NCBI GenBank assembly: GCA_016192825.1
Contig: JACPTK010000004.1
Span: 2,905 to 66,904, forward strand
Source: Betaproteobacteria bacterium
Lineage (GTDB): Bacteria; Pseudomonadota; Gammaproteobacteria; Burkholderiales; SG8-41
Length of the DNA: 64,000 bases
Direction of reading: 5' to 3'
Made by a program: the position numbers and the translations under genes. Shown here piece by piece: positions 1 through 12,855 of the stretch. The notes under the pieces are model-generated. The model worked only from the letters and a program-made list of their open reading frames with translations. It had not been told where the DNA came from and did no database searches. Position 1 is the first letter of the stretch; every line of letters starts with the position of its first letter.

Positions 1-105
1 ACAATTTCGAATTCCTCAGCCTGCACGGACCGGCGCCGAAAATCCTTTCCGAAACATGGGAAAAGCTACTCAGAGTAACTTTTCCCGGATGCACGCAATA
101 ACCGG

Positions 106-486
106 CTACCAGACCACTTCAATTGAAGCGAGGCGCTTGAGCCTTGCGTCGGCGCTCAGGAGTCGCGCGCGGTGCGCGATGGCGGTGGCGGCGATGATCC
201 GATCGGCGGGATCGGCGTGGCTGAATTCCGTTGACTGCGCAAGGGCGGCAATTCTCGGCGATATCTCCAGCACTCGCAAGTTGCGCGCCCGAATGATGTC
301 CTCAAGGAACGACTCGACCTGGGTCTCGACGGTCACGCGGCCCTTGGACACCAGCATCCCGATCTCCCACAGGCTGATGTCGCTGCAGGCGAGGGATTCG
401 GTATTGAGCAGCCGTTTCGCCCGGCGCGACAGCCGCGCGGGGGCAAGCGCATCGTGGATCAGGACGTGAGTATCAAGAACGACCAC
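106..486 (-). CDS. vapC: PIN-domain type II toxin (VapC family)
   Basis: 126-aa ORF with GTG start. PIN acidic motifs are visible (VLDTHV, LWEI, ADPADR). It overlaps the upstream small antitoxin ORF by 14 nt. Confidence 0.85.
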   Translation of the reverse strand: MVVLDTHVLIHDALAPARLSRRAKRLLNTESLACSDISLWEIGMLVSKGRVTVETQVESFLEDIIRARNLRVLEISPRIAALAQSTEFSHADPADRIIAATAIAHRARLLSADARLKRLASIEVVW

Positions 487-712
487 GTCCAGCGCGCCAA
501 CGTTCGCCGGTCGGCGAGATGACGTCGCCGACGCGGGCGGTCTTGCGCAGCGCTTTCAGGCGCGCGCGGGCCGCCTCCGGGGCGCTCTCAGCCGGCAGCA
601 AGCGCGCAACCGGCTTGCCGCGCGACGTGATGCGCAGCTCGTGCCCCTTTTCGACCTGCTTGAGGTAGGCCGGCAGGTTCTGGCGTAGCTCTGTTAACTT
701 GACGTCGTCCAT
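473..712 (-). CDS. Phd/YefM-type antitoxin
   Basis: 79-aa ORF. The N-terminus MDDVKLTELRQNLPAYLKQV..ELRITSRGKPVARLLP is typical of Phd/YefM antitoxins. It overlaps the PIN toxin gene. Confidence 0.75.
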   Translation of the reverse strand: MDDVKLTELRQNLPAYLKQVEKGHELRITSRGKPVARLLPAESAPEAARARLKALRKTARVGDVISPTGERWRAGRGRS

Positions 713-727
713 GGGGACCTTAACGCC

Positions 728-750
728 TCTGTACGCTTAAAGTGTACAGA
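728..750. promoter_or_regulatory. Inverted repeat TCTGTAC-N9-GTACAGA upstream of the antitoxin gene (candidate autoregulatory operator)
   Basis: Perfect 7-bp arms lie 16-38 nt upstream of the antitoxin ATG. TA operons are commonly autoregulated at such palindromes. Confidence 0.35.
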
Positions 751-777
751 TTTCCCGCAAGCAGGGCAAGGCGGAAA

Positions 778-2271
778 TCAGCGTCGGTTTAGCAGTATGC
801 GTGCCGCTTCAACGGTCTCGGATGCGGTAAGTCCAACAGGGCCATCGCCGCCAGCTACTGCTTGATCCGCAGCGGCGCCGTGCAAATAGACACCCGCCAG
901 CAGGGCCGTCTTCGGCTCCGCGCCCTGCGCCAGCAAGGCAGCGATGAGTCCCGTGAGCACGTCGCCCTGGCCGGCGCTCGCCATGCCGGGATTGCCAGAA
1001 GTATTGATGTTCCAAGTCCCATCGGGAGACGCGCAGATACTGCCGGCGCCTTTGAGGACTACCAGGCTGTTGAACGTTTCGGCAAGCCGGGTTGCGGCGC
1101 CCACGCGATCGGCCTGGATTTCACGCGTAGTCGTGCCGAGCAGCCGGGCCGCCTCGGCGGGGTGGGGCGTCAGTAGCTTCGGACCCGCGCGCTTCCCGAC
1201 CAGGGCCGCGAGGTGCTTGTCCATGGCAACGAGATTGAGCGCGTCGGCGTCGAGCACGAGCGGCAGCGGCGACTCCAGCGCCCATCCCAGAAAGTACGCG
1301 GCATCGGGCATCTGCCCGAGCCCGGGGCCGACGGCCAGGCAGGAGAGGTGGCCGAGCTTGAGTACTTCGTCGGCGCGGCGCAGCATCAGCTCGGGCTGCT
1401 CCGGATCGAAGAGTGGCGCGTCGCGCGCAAGCAACCCGACATAGACCCGTCCCGTTCCCAGTTTCAGCGCTGCTCGCGCGGCGAGCAGCGCTGCGCCGAC
1501 CATGCCGTAGTCGCCGCCGATGATGCCGACGCTGCCGTAGTCGCCCTTGTGCGTATTGCGCTTGCGTGACTTCAGCGCTGCCGACAGCACCTCACGCCCG
1601 ATCACGAAGCCCCGGGCCGGGCGCAGCGCCTGAGTGTCCAGCTCGAGCGCGCGCAAGTGGATCTCGCCGCAGTAATCGGGCCCGTCGAGCGTGAGCAGGC
1701 CCGGCTTCAGCGCAATGAACGTGACCGTATAGTTCGCGCGCACTGCGCAGCCCATTACGCGGCCGGTGTCGGACTGCAGCCCGCTCGGGACATCGATGGC
1801 GAGGACCGGCGCGCCCAGCCCATTGATCGCGGCTATCCATTCCGCATAGGGGCCGGTCACCTCGCGTTCAAGGCCGATGCCAAAGACGCCGTCCACCACC
1901 AGCCCCCAGTGCCGCGAAGCGGGCAGGGAGGGGGTAATCGTGCCGCCGGCTTTGCGCCATGCGCTCAATGCGGCCTTTGCGTCCGCGGACAGCTTCTTTT
2001 CCTCGCCGGCGAAGACCACCGTGACCTTGAAGTACCATTTCTTGAGATGGCGGGCGACCACGAAGGCATCGCCGCCATTGTTCCCGGGTCCGGCAAGGAT
2101 CAGGACGGGTTTTCCGGTACCGCCCGATACCTCGCGCGCGACCTCGGCGGCCGCCAGTCCCGCCCGCTCCATGAGGTGCGGCGGGTTCGGAGCGGCCGCG
2201 ACGGCAGCTTCCATGGCACGGACGTCGGCGGCGAGGTAAACCGGCGTGTTGTGCGGAAATGCAGCGGTCAT
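778..2271 (-). CDS. nnr: Bifunctional NAD(P)H-hydrate repair enzyme (epimerase / ADP-dependent dehydratase)
   Basis: N-terminal YjeF_N-like region (LAGPGNNGGDAFVVARHL) and a C-terminal carbohydrate-kinase-like region (VLKGAGS.., GNPGMASAGQGDVLTG). The ORF runs to 2319, but the ATG at 2271 (MTAAFPHNTPVY) is the more plausible start. Confidence 0.85.
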   Translation of the reverse strand: MTAAFPHNTPVYLAADVRAMEAAVAAAPNPPHLMERAGLAAAEVAREVSGGTGKPVLILAGPGNNGGDAFVVARHLKKWYFKVTVVFAGEEKKLSADAKAALSAWRKAGGTITPSLPASRHWGLVVDGVFGIGLEREVTGPYAEWIAAINGLGAPVLAIDVPSGLQSDTGRVMGCAVRANYTVTFIALKPGLLTLDGPDYCGEIHLRALELDTQALRPARGFVIGREVLSAALKSRKRNTHKGDYGSVGIIGGDYGMVGAALLAARAALKLGTGRVYVGLLARDAPLFDPEQPELMLRRADEVLKLGHLSCLAVGPGLGQMPDAAYFLGWALESPLPLVLDADALNLVAMDKHLAALVGKRAGPKLLTPHPAEAARLLGTTTREIQADRVGAATRLAETFNSLVVLKGAGSICASPDGTWNINTSGNPGMASAGQGDVLTGLIAALLAQGAEPKTALLAGVYLHGAAADQAVAGGDGPVGLTASETVEAARILLNRR

Positions 2272-2364
2272 AACTGTGGGTAGTGTAACGTGATTCGCAT
2301 CGCGCCCGCTGCGGCGCAATGCGATTTAATATAAAATGCGTTTTTAGCGACTTTGATTCGGCGC

Positions 2365-5300
2365 ATGTCGCAGATCCTGAGGCTCAAGGGACGCAACGCC
2401 CTTTCGGCCTTCCGCTCAAGCAGGCTCCTGCAGTCCACCACCGAAGCAGTTCCGCGGCTTTCAGGCATTCACGCCGGGTTCTGGCATTTCGTCGAGCTCG
2501 AGCGGGCGCTGACGGATGCCGAATCGGGACGACTCGAGCGCATCCTGACGTACGGTCCGGCGGGCTCGGCCGGCGAGACGCGCGGCGACCTCCTGCTGGT
2601 CGTTCCGCGTCCCGGGACCATTTCCCCGTGGTCGTCCAAGGCCACCGACATCGCCCGCCATTGCGGGCTCGAGAGGGTCAGGCGCATCGAGCGCGGCGCG
2701 GCCTATTTCATTTCAACGCGCGATGGCGCGGCGCTTTCCCCGGGTGAACGGGCGGCAATAGCGCCCCTGATCCATGATCGCATGACGGAAGCGGTCCTTT
2801 CCTCGTTCGAGGACGCCGCCCGTTTGTTCGAGCATTTCCCGCCCAGGCCGCTCGAGACGGTGGACGTTCTGGGCGGCGGCATAGCGGCGCTCGAGCGCGC
2901 CAACCGGGCGATGGGGCTCGCGCTGTCCCGGGACGAGGTCGAGTACCTCGCGGAGCAGTTCACCCGGATCGCCCGCAACCCGACCGATGTCGAGCTGATG
3001 ATGTTCGCGCAGGCCAACTCCGAGCATTGCCGGCACAAGATCTTCAATGCCGACTGGGTGATCGACGGCAGGCCGCAGACCGCATCCCTGTTCGGGATGA
3101 TCCGTACCACGCACGAAAGGAATCCCGCCGGCACGGTGGTCGCTTATGCCGACAACGCCGCGGTCATGGAGGGCGCGGGGATCGCGCGGTTCTATCCGCG
3201 CGACGGCGGCGAGTACCGCTACGCCGAGGAGCTCACGCACACGGTCATGAAGGTGGAGACGCACAATCATCCGACGGCGATCGCGCCTTTTCCGGGCGCG
3301 GCCACCGGTTCGGGCGGTGAAATCCGCGACGAGGGCGCGACGGGCCGCGGGGCCAAGCCCAAGGCCGGCCTGACGGGGTTCACGGTGTCTCACCTCCGGG
3401 TCCCGGGCTTCGAGCAGCCCTGGGAGCGCGATGACCCGGGGCGGCCGCGGCGCATCGCCTCGGCCCTGCAAATCATGCTCGAAGGCCCGGTCGGCGGCGC
3501 GTCCTTCAACAACGAATTCGGGCGGCCCAATCTGGCGGGTTATTTCCGCACCTTCGAGCAGCGCGTGGCGGGCGAAACGCGCGGCTATCACAAGCCGATC
3601 ATGATCGCCGGCGGCATCGGCAACCTGTCGGCGCGCCACGCGCGCAAGAGCGAGGTTGCGCCGGGCGCGGCGCTGATCCAGCTTGGCGGGCCCGGCATGC
3701 TGATCGGGCTCGGCGGGGGGGCGGCCTCCAGCATGGACACCGGCGCCAACCTGGAAGATCTCGATTTCGACTCGGTGCAGCGGGGCAATGCCGAAATTCA
3801 GCGCCGCGCGCAGGAGGTGATCGACCGCTGCTGGGCGCTGGGCGCCGGGAACCCGATCCTGTCGATACACGATGTCGGCGCCGGCGGGCTGTCGAATGCG
3901 CTGCCGGAACTGGTGCACTCGGCAAAGCGCGGCGGCCGTTTCGACCTGCGCAAGGTCCCGAGCGAGGAGCCGGGGATGTCGCCGCTGCAGATCTGGTGCA
4001 ACGAAGCGCAGGAGCGCTACGTGCTCGCGGTCGCGCCCGGGGGCCTCGACCGCTTCCGCGCGATCTGCGAGCGCGAGCGCTGCCCGTTTGCCGTGGTCGG
4101 GGAAGCGACGGGTGACGGGCAACTGGTCGTGAGCGACCCGGTGTTCAATAACCGGCCCGTGGACATGGAGCTTGCCGTCCTGCTCGGCAAGCCGCCGAAG
4201 ATGACGCGCGATGTGGCGCGCGCCCGGCGCGAACTGCCGCCGTTCGATACGACCCGCGTGGACCTGCGCGAGGCGGCGTACCGCGTGCTGCGGCTGCCGG
4301 CGGTCGCGGACAAGACCTTTCTCATCACCATCGGCGACCGCACCGTCGGCGGGCTCACCGCGCGCGACCAGATGGTCGGCCCGTGGCAGGTGCCGGTGGC
4401 GGACGCCGCGGTCACGCTGATGGGCTTCAATACGTTCCGCGGCGAGGCCTTTGCGATGGGGGAACGCACCCCGCTGGCGCTGGTCAGCCCGGAAGCATCG
4501 GGCCGCATGGCGGTCGGGGAGGCGATCACCAACATTGCTGCGGCGCCCGTTGCCCGCATCGGCGACATCAAGCTCTCCGCCAACTGGATGGCGGCGGCAG
4601 GCCACCCCGGCGAGGACGCCGCCCTGTTCGATACGGTGCGCGCCGTCGCGCTGGATTTCTGCCCGCAGCTGGGCGTCAGCATCCCGGTCGGCAAGGACAG
4701 CCTGTCCATGAAGACGGCGTGGGAGGAAAACGGCGCGAGGAGGGAAGTGACCGCGCCGCTGTCGCTGATCGTTTCCGCGTTCGCGCCGGTGGCCGACGTC
4801 CGCGGCACCGTCACGCCGCAGTTGCGGACCGATTGCGGTGACACCGTCCTCATGCTGATCGACCTGGGCGGCGGATTATGCCGAATGGGCGGCTCATCGC
4901 TCGCCCAGGTCTATAACGAGATCGGGCAGGTTGCGCCGGACGCGGATGCCGCGCGGCTGAAGGCGTTCTTCAGCGCGGCGCAGGGCCTCAACCGCGGCGG
5001 CAGGATGCTCGCCTATCACGACCGTTCGGACGGCGGCCTGTTCGCCACCGTATGCGAGATGATGTTCGCCGGTCGAATTGGAGTTTCACTCCAATTCGAC
5101 AATATGTCCCATGACAAGTCCCCGCTTGAATTTTTGTTCAACGAGGAGCTTGGCGCGGTCGTGCAGGTGCGCAAAGCCGACCTCGAAGCGGTACGCAGTG
5201 CTTTCGATACCGCCGGCCTTGGGCGCGATCTGCACGTCATCGGGACCCTCAATAGCGAAGACAGCCTGCGCGTGGCGGCGGACGGCAAGGAGATTCTCCG

Positions 5301-6258
5301 TGAAAAGCGCGGAGAGCTTCGCCGCGCCTGGTCGGAGACCACCTATCGCCTGCAGAAACTGCGCGACAACCCGGATTGCGCGCAGCAGGAATACGACCGC
5401 CTGCTCGATGCGGACGATCCGGGCCTAAACGCGCGGTTGACGTTCGATCCGGGCGAGGACATCGCGGCGCCATTTGTCAGCCGGGGCGCGCGCCCGCGCA
5501 TCGCGATCCTGCGCGAGCAGGGCGTGAACGGCCAGGTCGAGATGGCAGCGGCCTTCGACCGGGCGGGGTTTGCCGCGGTCGACGTTCACATGAGCGACAT
5601 CATTGCCGGACGCACGAGCCTGAGCGCCTTCAGGGGGTTCGCGGCATGCGGCGGGTTCTCCTATGGCGACGTGCTGGGGGCGGGGGAGGGATGGGCGAAA
5701 TCGATCCTGTTCAACGCCCGGGCGCGCGCCGAATTCGAGGCGTTTTTCGGGCGCGCGGACACGTTTGCCCTCGGCGTCTGCAACGGGTGCCAGATGATGA
5801 GCAATCTCCACGACCTCATCCCGGGCGCGGCGTCGTGGCCGCATTTCGTGCGCAACCGGTCGGAGCAGTTCGAGGCCCGCTTCGTGATGCTCGAGGTGCA
5901 ACGCTCGCCCTCGCTCTTCTTCGACGGCATGGCCGGCAGCCGCCTGCCAATCGCGGTCGCGCACGGCGAGGGCTATGCCGAGTTTACCGGCGACGCCGCA
6001 CGGAAAAACGCCGAGGCGCTGGTGACGGCGCGCTTCGTCGATCATCGCGGCGCGGTGACCGAGACCTACCCCTGCAACCCCAACGGCTCGCCGGGCGGCA
6101 TCACGGGTCTCACCACGCCCGACGGGCGCTTCACCATCCTGATGCCGCATCCCGAGCGCGTGTTCCGCGCGGTGCAGCATTCGTGGCATCCGGGCGGGTG
6201 GGGCGAGGACGGGCCGTGGCTGCGGCTGTTCAGGAATGCGAGGAAGTGGGTGGGGTAG
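2365..6258 (+). CDS. purL: Phosphoribosylformylglycinamidine synthase, single-chain large form
   Basis: About 1297 aa. It has the characteristic FGAM synthase blocks ([33 protein letters not shown]) and a C-terminal glutaminase domain ([14 protein letters not shown]). ATG 2365 is preferred over the TTG at 2353. Confidence 0.95.
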   Translation: MSQILRLKGRNALSAFRSSRLLQSTTEAVPRLSGIHAGFWHFVELERALTDAESGRLERILTYGPAGSAGETRGDLLLVVPRPGTISPWSSKATDIARHCGLERVRRIERGAAYFISTRDGAALSPGERAAIAPLIHDRMTEAVLSSFEDAARLFEHFPPRPLETVDVLGGGIAALERANRAMGLALSRDEVEYLAEQFTRIARNPTDVELMMFAQANSEHCRHKIFNADWVIDGRPQTASLFGMIRTTHERNPAGTVVAYADNAAVMEGAGIARFYPRDGGEYRYAEELTHTVMKVETHNHPTAIAPFPGAATGSGGEIRDEGATGRGAKPKAGLTGFTVSHLRVPGFEQPWERDDPGRPRRIASALQIMLEGPVGGASFNNEFGRPNLAGYFRTFEQRVAGETRGYHKPIMIAGGIGNLSARHARKSEVAPGAALIQLGGPGMLIGLGGGAASSMDTGANLEDLDFDSVQRGNAEIQRRAQEVIDRCWALGAGNPILSIHDVGAGGLSNALPELVHSAKRGGRFDLRKVPSEEPGMSPLQIWCNEAQERYVLAVAPGGLDRFRAICERERCPFAVVGEATGDGQLVVSDPVFNNRPVDMELAVLLGKPPKMTRDVARARRELPPFDTTRVDLREAAYRVLRLPAVADKTFLITIGDRTVGGLTARDQMVGPWQVPVADAAVTLMGFNTFRGEAFAMGERTPLALVSPEASGRMAVGEAITNIAAAPVARIGDIKLSANWMAAAGHPGEDAALFDTVRAVALDFCPQLGVSIPVGKDSLSMKTAWEENGARREVTAPLSLIVSAFAPVADVRGTVTPQLRTDCGDTVLMLIDLGGGLCRMGGSSLAQVYNEIGQVAPDADAARLKAFFSAAQGLNRGGRMLAYHDRSDGGLFATVCEMMFAGRIGVSLQFDNMSHDKSPLEFLFNEELGAVVQVRKADLEAVRSAFDTAGLGRDLHVIGTLNSEDSLRVAADGKEILREKRGELRRAWSETTYRLQKLRDNPDCAQQEYDRLLDADDPGLNARLTFDPGEDIAAPFVSRGARPRIAILREQGVNGQVEMAAAFDRAGFAAVDVHMSDIIAGRTSLSAFRGFAACGGFSYGDVLGAGEGWAKSILFNARARAEFEAFFGRADTFALGVCNGCQMMSNLHDLIPGAASWPHFVRNRSEQFEARFVMLEVQRSPSLFFDGMAGSRLPIAVAHGEGYAEFTGDAARKNAEALVTARFVDHRGAVTETYPCNPNGSPGGITGLTTPDGRFTILMPHPERVFRAVQHSWHPGGWGEDGPWLRLFRNARKWVG

Positions 6259-6267
6259 GATCTAACT

Positions 6268-6379
6268 GGATGAGGGATGAGGGATGAGGGATGAGGGATG
6301 AGGGATGAGGGATGAGGGATGCGGGATGAGGGATGAGGGATGCGGGATGAGGGATGAGGGATGAGGGATGAGGGATGAC
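6268..6379 (+). repeat. Tandem heptamer array (GGATGAG) x16
   Basis: Counted directly: 16 contiguous 7-nt units. Units 8 and 11 are GGATGCG and the last unit is GGATGAC. The array starts 10 nt after the purL stop. Confidence 0.97.
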
Positions 6380-6390
6380 CCCCTCCAGCA

Positions 6391-6425
6391 GAAACGGCGC
6401 ACCCAGGTGCGCCGTTTCTTATTTG
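6391..6425 (+). terminator. Rho-independent terminator of purL
   Basis: 12-bp perfect stem GAAACGGCGCAC / GTGCGCCGTTTC with a 4-nt loop, followed by a T-rich tail (CTTATTTG). Confidence 0.7.
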
Positions 6426-6466
6426 TGACGCGTCACCAGTCACGAGTCACCAGTCACCAGTCACGC
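6425..6466. repeat. Tandem heptamer array GTCACCA/GTCACGA (5 units) preceded by palindromic GTGACGC
   Basis: Units are GTCACCA, GTCACGA, GTCACCA, GTCACCA, GTCACGC at 6432-6466. The array abuts the stop codon of the minus-strand PPIase gene. Confidence 0.92.
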
Positions 6467-7248
6467 TACTCAATTTTGGCCTTGGCGCGCAGCCCGGCGA
6501 GGGCCTTGTCATAGGCCAGCTTCCGCTGAAATTGCTGCATCTGCTGCTGCAGATTGGGCTTGACCTGCTCGTACGGCGGGAGCTGCTGCGCACGCACGTC
6601 GTCGAGCCGGATGATGTGCCAGCCGAAGTTGCTCTGGACCGGCGCTTCCGTCATCTGCCCTTTCTTGAGCCGGGTCAGCGCGTCGCCGAAAGGCTTGACG
6701 TACCGGAGAGCGAGGCTCCAGTCGAGCTCGCCGTTGCGCCCTTTGCTGCCGGCGTCCTTCGACTTCTCGCCGGCGAGTTTCTCGAAGCTGGCGCCGTTCC
6801 GGATCTGGGCAATGATCTCCTTTGCCTCGTCCTCGCTCTCCACGAGAATGTGGTGCGCCTTGTATTCCTGCTGTCCCTTTGCGCGCTCGTATTCCTTCTT
6901 CATGTCGTCTTCGCTGACCGGCGCGGGCCGGACCATTTCACCCAGATAGGCGCGCACCAGGACGCTTTGCCGCGCCAGATCGATCTGCGTCGCGACCTCC
7001 GGCTTCTTGTGCAGCCCCCGGCGCGTGGCTTCCTGGGCCAGCAATTCGTAGTCGATGAGCTCCTGCCGGACCGCGTTCCTGAGATCGGGCGAATCGGCGC
7101 GGCCCTGCGACGTGAGGTTGCGTATGAAAAGGTCCATGCGCAACTGCGGGATGGTGACGCCGTTGACCCTGGCAACGCCATTTTGAGCGTGCGCCGGGGA
7201 TGCCGCGAGCAGCCCGGCAAGCACGAGCGAAAATGCGAATGACTTCAT
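6466..7248 (-). CDS. Periplasmic peptidyl-prolyl cis-trans isomerase, parvulin (PpiC) type
   Basis: 260 aa with a signal peptide (MKSFAFSLVLAGLLAASPAHA) and a parvulin core (YKAHHILVESEDEAKEI.., GELDW.., FGWHIIRLDD). Confidence 0.85.
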   Translation of the reverse strand: MKSFAFSLVLAGLLAASPAHAQNGVARVNGVTIPQLRMDLFIRNLTSQGRADSPDLRNAVRQELIDYELLAQEATRRGLHKKPEVATQIDLARQSVLVRAYLGEMVRPAPVSEDDMKKEYERAKGQQEYKAHHILVESEDEAKEIIAQIRNGASFEKLAGEKSKDAGSKGRNGELDWSLALRYVKPFGDALTRLKKGQMTEAPVQSNFGWHIIRLDDVRAQQLPPYEQVKPNLQQQMQQFQRKLAYDKALAGLRAKAKIE

Positions 7249-7273
7249 CGGGGATTCCTTTCGGTAACAGTGA

Positions 7274-7537
7274 TCAGATCTCGCCAGGGGCGTAGGCCTT
7301 GATGGCGAGCGCGTGAATTTCCTTCTTCATCATCGGCCCCAGCGCCTCGTACACCATCCGGTGCCGCAGCTGGATCGGCTTGCCGGCGAACGCCGGAGAC
7401 ACGATCACGAGACGGTAATGCCCGCCGCCGCCCCTGGCGCCTTCGTGCCCGGCGTGCTGGTGCGATTCGTCGAGGATCTCGAGCGATTCGGGACTGAGTG
7501 ATGCGAGCTGCCGCTGGATCCGCTCCGCCACGGTCAT
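7274..7537 (-). CDS. BolA family protein
   Basis: 87 aa from ATG 7537 (MTVAERIQRQL..). BolA signature: DESHQHAGH..HYRLVIVSPAFAGK..RHRMVY. The upstream part of the track ORF reads through a REP element. Confidence 0.8.
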   Translation of the reverse strand: MTVAERIQRQLASLSPESLEILDESHQHAGHEGARGGGGHYRLVIVSPAFAGKPIQLRHRMVYEALGPMMKKEIHALAIKAYAPGEI

Positions 7538-7589
7538 GTCAGGGGCTCCTGTAGGTGCTCGCGCAAATGCCTGACAAGGCATTTGCACC

Positions 7590-7631
7590 TCGAATCGCCC
7601 CTCTCCCCTCGGGAGAGGGCGGGGGTGAGGG
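7590..7631. repeat. REP-like palindromic element (CCCCTCTCCCCTCGGGAGAGGGCGGGGGTGAGGG type), copy 1
   Basis: Internal palindrome CTCTCCC..GGGAGAG. A near-identical copy lies in inverted orientation at 15101-15143. Flanked by hairpins at 7563-7586 and 7631-7666. Confidence 0.7.
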
Positions 7632-7663
7632 ATGAGCATCGTCAAGCATTTCCACGATGCTCA

Positions 7664-8203
7664 TTAATCGGCCTTCTTGTCCTCGATGTAGCGGGCGAGC
7701 ATCAGCGCCTGCAGCACGACGAACGCCAGCATCAGGCCGATGCCGCCGAAGAGCTTGAAGTTGACCCAGGCGTCGGTCGAGAAGTTGAAGGCGACGGCGA
7801 GGTTCAGGGCGCCCATCAGCGCGAAAAAGCCGACCCAGCTGGCGAGCAGCCGGCCCCACACGGCCTCGGGCAGCGACACCTGTCCCTCCATCATGGCGCG
7901 GATCAGGTTTTTCCGGAATCCCAGCGCGGCCACGGCGAGCGCGACGGCAAACAGCCAGTAGAGCACGGTCGGCTTCCACTTGATGAAGGTCTCGTCCTGC
8001 AACACCAGCGTGGCGCCGCCGAATACCACGATCACCGCCAGGCTCGCCCACTGCATGTTTTCGATCTTGCGCCGCCGCAGCCAGGTCCAGCCGATCTGCG
8101 CGAAGGTCGCGGCGATCGCCACCGCCGTGGCCACATAGATGCCGTAGAACTTGAAAGCGACGAAGAACAGGACGACCGGGAAGATGTCGAACAGGAATTT
8201 CAT
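7664..8203 (-). CDS. yciB: Intracellular septation protein A (YciB/IspZ)
   Basis: 179-aa polytopic membrane protein. The N-terminus [18 protein letters not shown] and the overall pattern are typical of YciB. Confidence 0.88.
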   Translation of the reverse strand: MKFLFDIFPVVLFFVAFKFYGIYVATAVAIAATFAQIGWTWLRRRKIENMQWASLAVIVVFGGATLVLQDETFIKWKPTVLYWLFAVALAVAALGFRKNLIRAMMEGQVSLPEAVWGRLLASWVGFFALMGALNLAVAFNFSTDAWVNFKLFGGIGLMLAFVVLQALMLARYIEDKKAD

Positions 8204-8248
8204 GGGCGGCTATTATCGCGCTTCGCGAGGAAATGGGAAACAGCAGAT

Positions 8249-9730
8249 CTAACGGTATCGGTCGGCGAGCGCCGGCGTTGCTTCCGTCCGACCCGGCCCA
8301 TTTCCTGATTCGTCCGGCAGCACCTTTCCTGGGTTCATGATGCCGAGGGGGTCGAACGTCGCTTTGAGCGCGCGCATCATCTCGAGTTCCACGCCGGCCT
8401 TGTAACGGGACATTTCCAGCAGCTTGGACTGGCCGATGCCGTGCTCGGCGCTGAAGCTGCCGTGGTGGCGGGCCACGATGTCGAACACGCACTGGGTGAC
8501 GTCGTTTGCCTCGCGTGCCGCGGCGTCCGCGCGCAGCCGCCCCGGCACGAACGCGTTGTAATGCAGGTTGCCATCGCCCAGGTGACCGAAACAGATCACG
8601 TCGATCCCGGGGAATCGTGCCTGCAGCGCGGCCTGCGCCTCTGCGATGAACGCCGGCACCCGGCTCACCGCCACCGCGATATCGTGGCGGTAGAGCATGC
8701 CCGGCTCCGCGCGCGCGGCTTCGGGGATGGTTTCGCGCAGTTTCCACAGCCCCTGCGACTGGCCTGCGTTCTCCGCGATGACGGCGTCGCTCGCCAGGCC
8801 GCGCTCCATGGCCGCGCCAAGCGCTCCCTCGAGCTCGGCGCGGATGGCGCCGCCTTCGCGCACGTCGCCAAGCTCGGCCAGCACGTACCAGCCATGCGGC
8901 GCGGGCAGCGGATCGCGGGTGCCCGGGATGTGGCGCAGGACGAGATCGAGGCAGTTGCGGGAAATCAGCTCGAATGCCGTCATCTTGTCGCCGCAGTGGC
9001 TCCGCAGCAGCGCCAGCAACTCGAGCGCGGCCTCGGGCGATGGCACTGCGGCCCATGCCGTCGCGCCGGAACGGGGCAGGGGGAAGAGCTTCAAGACGGC
9101 GGCGGTGATCACGCCCAGCGTGCCTTCGGCGCCGATAAAAATCTGTTTGAGGTCGTAGCCCGTGTTGTCCTTGCGAAGGCCCCGCATGCCGTCCCAGATG
9201 CGCCCGTCCGGCAGGACGACCTCCAGGCCCAGCACGAGGTCGCGCGTGTTGCCGTAGCGCAGCACGTTGACGCCACCGGCGTTGGTCGAAAGATTGCCGC
9301 CGATCTGGCAGCTGCCTTCCGCGCCCAGGGACAGCGGGAACAGGCGCGATGCCTCGCGCGCCGCCTGCTGGATGTTCGCGAGGATGCAGCCGGCCTCCAC
9401 GCTGAGGGTGTTGTTCAGCGCATCCACCCCGAGTATGCGGTTCATGCGCGCGAGGCTGAGCACGATTTCCCCGCCTTTCTCGCGTGGCACGGACGCGCCG
9501 CACATGCCGGTGTTGCCCCCTTGCGGCACGATGGGGGTGCGGGTTTCGGCGCAAAGCTTGACCACCGCGGCGACCTCGGCGGCGTTGGCCGGGCGCACCA
9601 CGGCGGGCGTTGCGCCGCGGTGGACGCCGCGCCAGTCGACGGTGTAGGGCTCGAGGTCGCCCGGATCGGTGAGCAGCCCCGGCGGGCCGACGATGGCGGC
9701 GAGGCGCTCGATGAGCGTGTGGGCGGTCAT
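8249..9730 (-). CDS. FAD-linked oxidase (GlcD / D-2-hydroxyacid dehydrogenase family)
   Basis: 493 aa. It has a PCMH-type FAD-binding region (PIVPQGGNTGMCGASVP) and C-terminal FAD-oxidase motifs (GHLGDGNLHYN, SAEHGIG). Confidence 0.85.
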   Translation of the reverse strand: MTAHTLIERLAAIVGPPGLLTDPGDLEPYTVDWRGVHRGATPAVVRPANAAEVAAVVKLCAETRTPIVPQGGNTGMCGASVPREKGGEIVLSLARMNRILGVDALNNTLSVEAGCILANIQQAAREASRLFPLSLGAEGSCQIGGNLSTNAGGVNVLRYGNTRDLVLGLEVVLPDGRIWDGMRGLRKDNTGYDLKQIFIGAEGTLGVITAAVLKLFPLPRSGATAWAAVPSPEAALELLALLRSHCGDKMTAFELISRNCLDLVLRHIPGTRDPLPAPHGWYVLAELGDVREGGAIRAELEGALGAAMERGLASDAVIAENAGQSQGLWKLRETIPEAARAEPGMLYRHDIAVAVSRVPAFIAEAQAALQARFPGIDVICFGHLGDGNLHYNAFVPGRLRADAAAREANDVTQCVFDIVARHHGSFSAEHGIGQSKLLEMSRYKAGVELEMMRALKATFDPLGIMNPGKVLPDESGNGPGRTEATPALADRYR

Positions 9731-9742
9731 ACCGGCATTATA

Positions 9743-9778
9743 GAAAAAACAAGCCGGCCTCTTGCGGATGCCGGCTTG
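9743..9778 (-). terminator. Rho-independent terminator downstream of aconitase 1
   Basis: On the minus strand there is a 9-bp stem CAAGCCGGC / GCCGGCTTG followed by TTTTTTC. Confidence 0.6.
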
Positions 9779-9827
9779 CGGGGTAACGGGTGCCCGGTAA
9801 GGCGCCCGTCGTATCCTGGGTCATGCG

Positions 9828-9872
9828 GCGGCGGCGATCAGCTCGCGTAAGAATCCTGCAATGCCGTGCGTC

Positions 9873-9901
<29 letters not shown>
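9828..9901. repeat. 25-nt direct duplication of the 3' end of acnA (copies 9828-9852 and 9877-9901)
   Basis: GCGGCGGCGATCAGCTCGCGTAAGA occurs twice, 49 nt apart. One copy encodes the last residues (..RELIAAA) and the other lies just downstream of the stop. Confidence 0.85.
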
Positions 9902-12557
<2,656 letters not shown>

Positions 12558-12855
12558 GTGGGCTCCTGAGTTTTCCTGGCGCCAGCGCCGGGGGCCGCAA
12601 GGGCGGTTCACGTTGCGGCGGCATGTCCTGCCGCCGGCACGGGGAAAAGATTATATCCGGCACCGCGTCGGACGGATAGCGCATGCCACATCATGGATAC
12701 GGGTTCCAGGACCAGCACAACAGGCGTTGGCGAGGGCACCGCTGAGCTGGAGCCGCGCATTCAAGAGGCCACTTGCGGCTGTGCTACCATCCGCCGGCCC
12801 CACCCGCAAATCCCTCCGCATCCGACCGTCTTCATCCCGGGAAGGCCATCTTATC

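Noticed and set aside
2713-4605. 630-aa minus-strand ORF antisense to purL, and similar long antisense or out-of-frame ORFs: 7539-9554, 9921-12569, 15104-16705, 16659-18329, 17915-19858, 19539-21347, 31032-32603, 37695-39983, 43626-45374, 46999-48348 and 60406-61869.
   Set aside because: All of them overlap genes with strong family signatures on the other strand or frame. Their translations are Arg/Ala/Gly/Pro-rich low-complexity sequence with no recognisable motifs. This is the usual shadow-ORF artefact of high-GC DNA.
6268-6379. The heptamer arrays considered as CRISPR arrays.
   Set aside because: The period is 7 nt and there are no spacers. CRISPR repeats are 21-48 nt and are separated by unique spacers. 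No cas genes are present in the window.
6066-6443. 125-aa minus-strand ORF with the repeated peptide HPSSLIPHPSSRIP.
   Set aside because: It is simply a translation of the GGATGAG heptamer array and of the 3' end of purL on the opposite strand. It has no independent start signals.
7590-7631. The CCCCTCTCCC..GGGAGAGGG elements considered as coding sequence; the track ORF 7274-7645 reads them as PLPRGEGR.
   Set aside because: The same sequence occurs in inverted orientation at 15101-15143 in a non-coding spacer. It behaves as a REP-like palindrome, and the BolA homology starts downstream at 7537.
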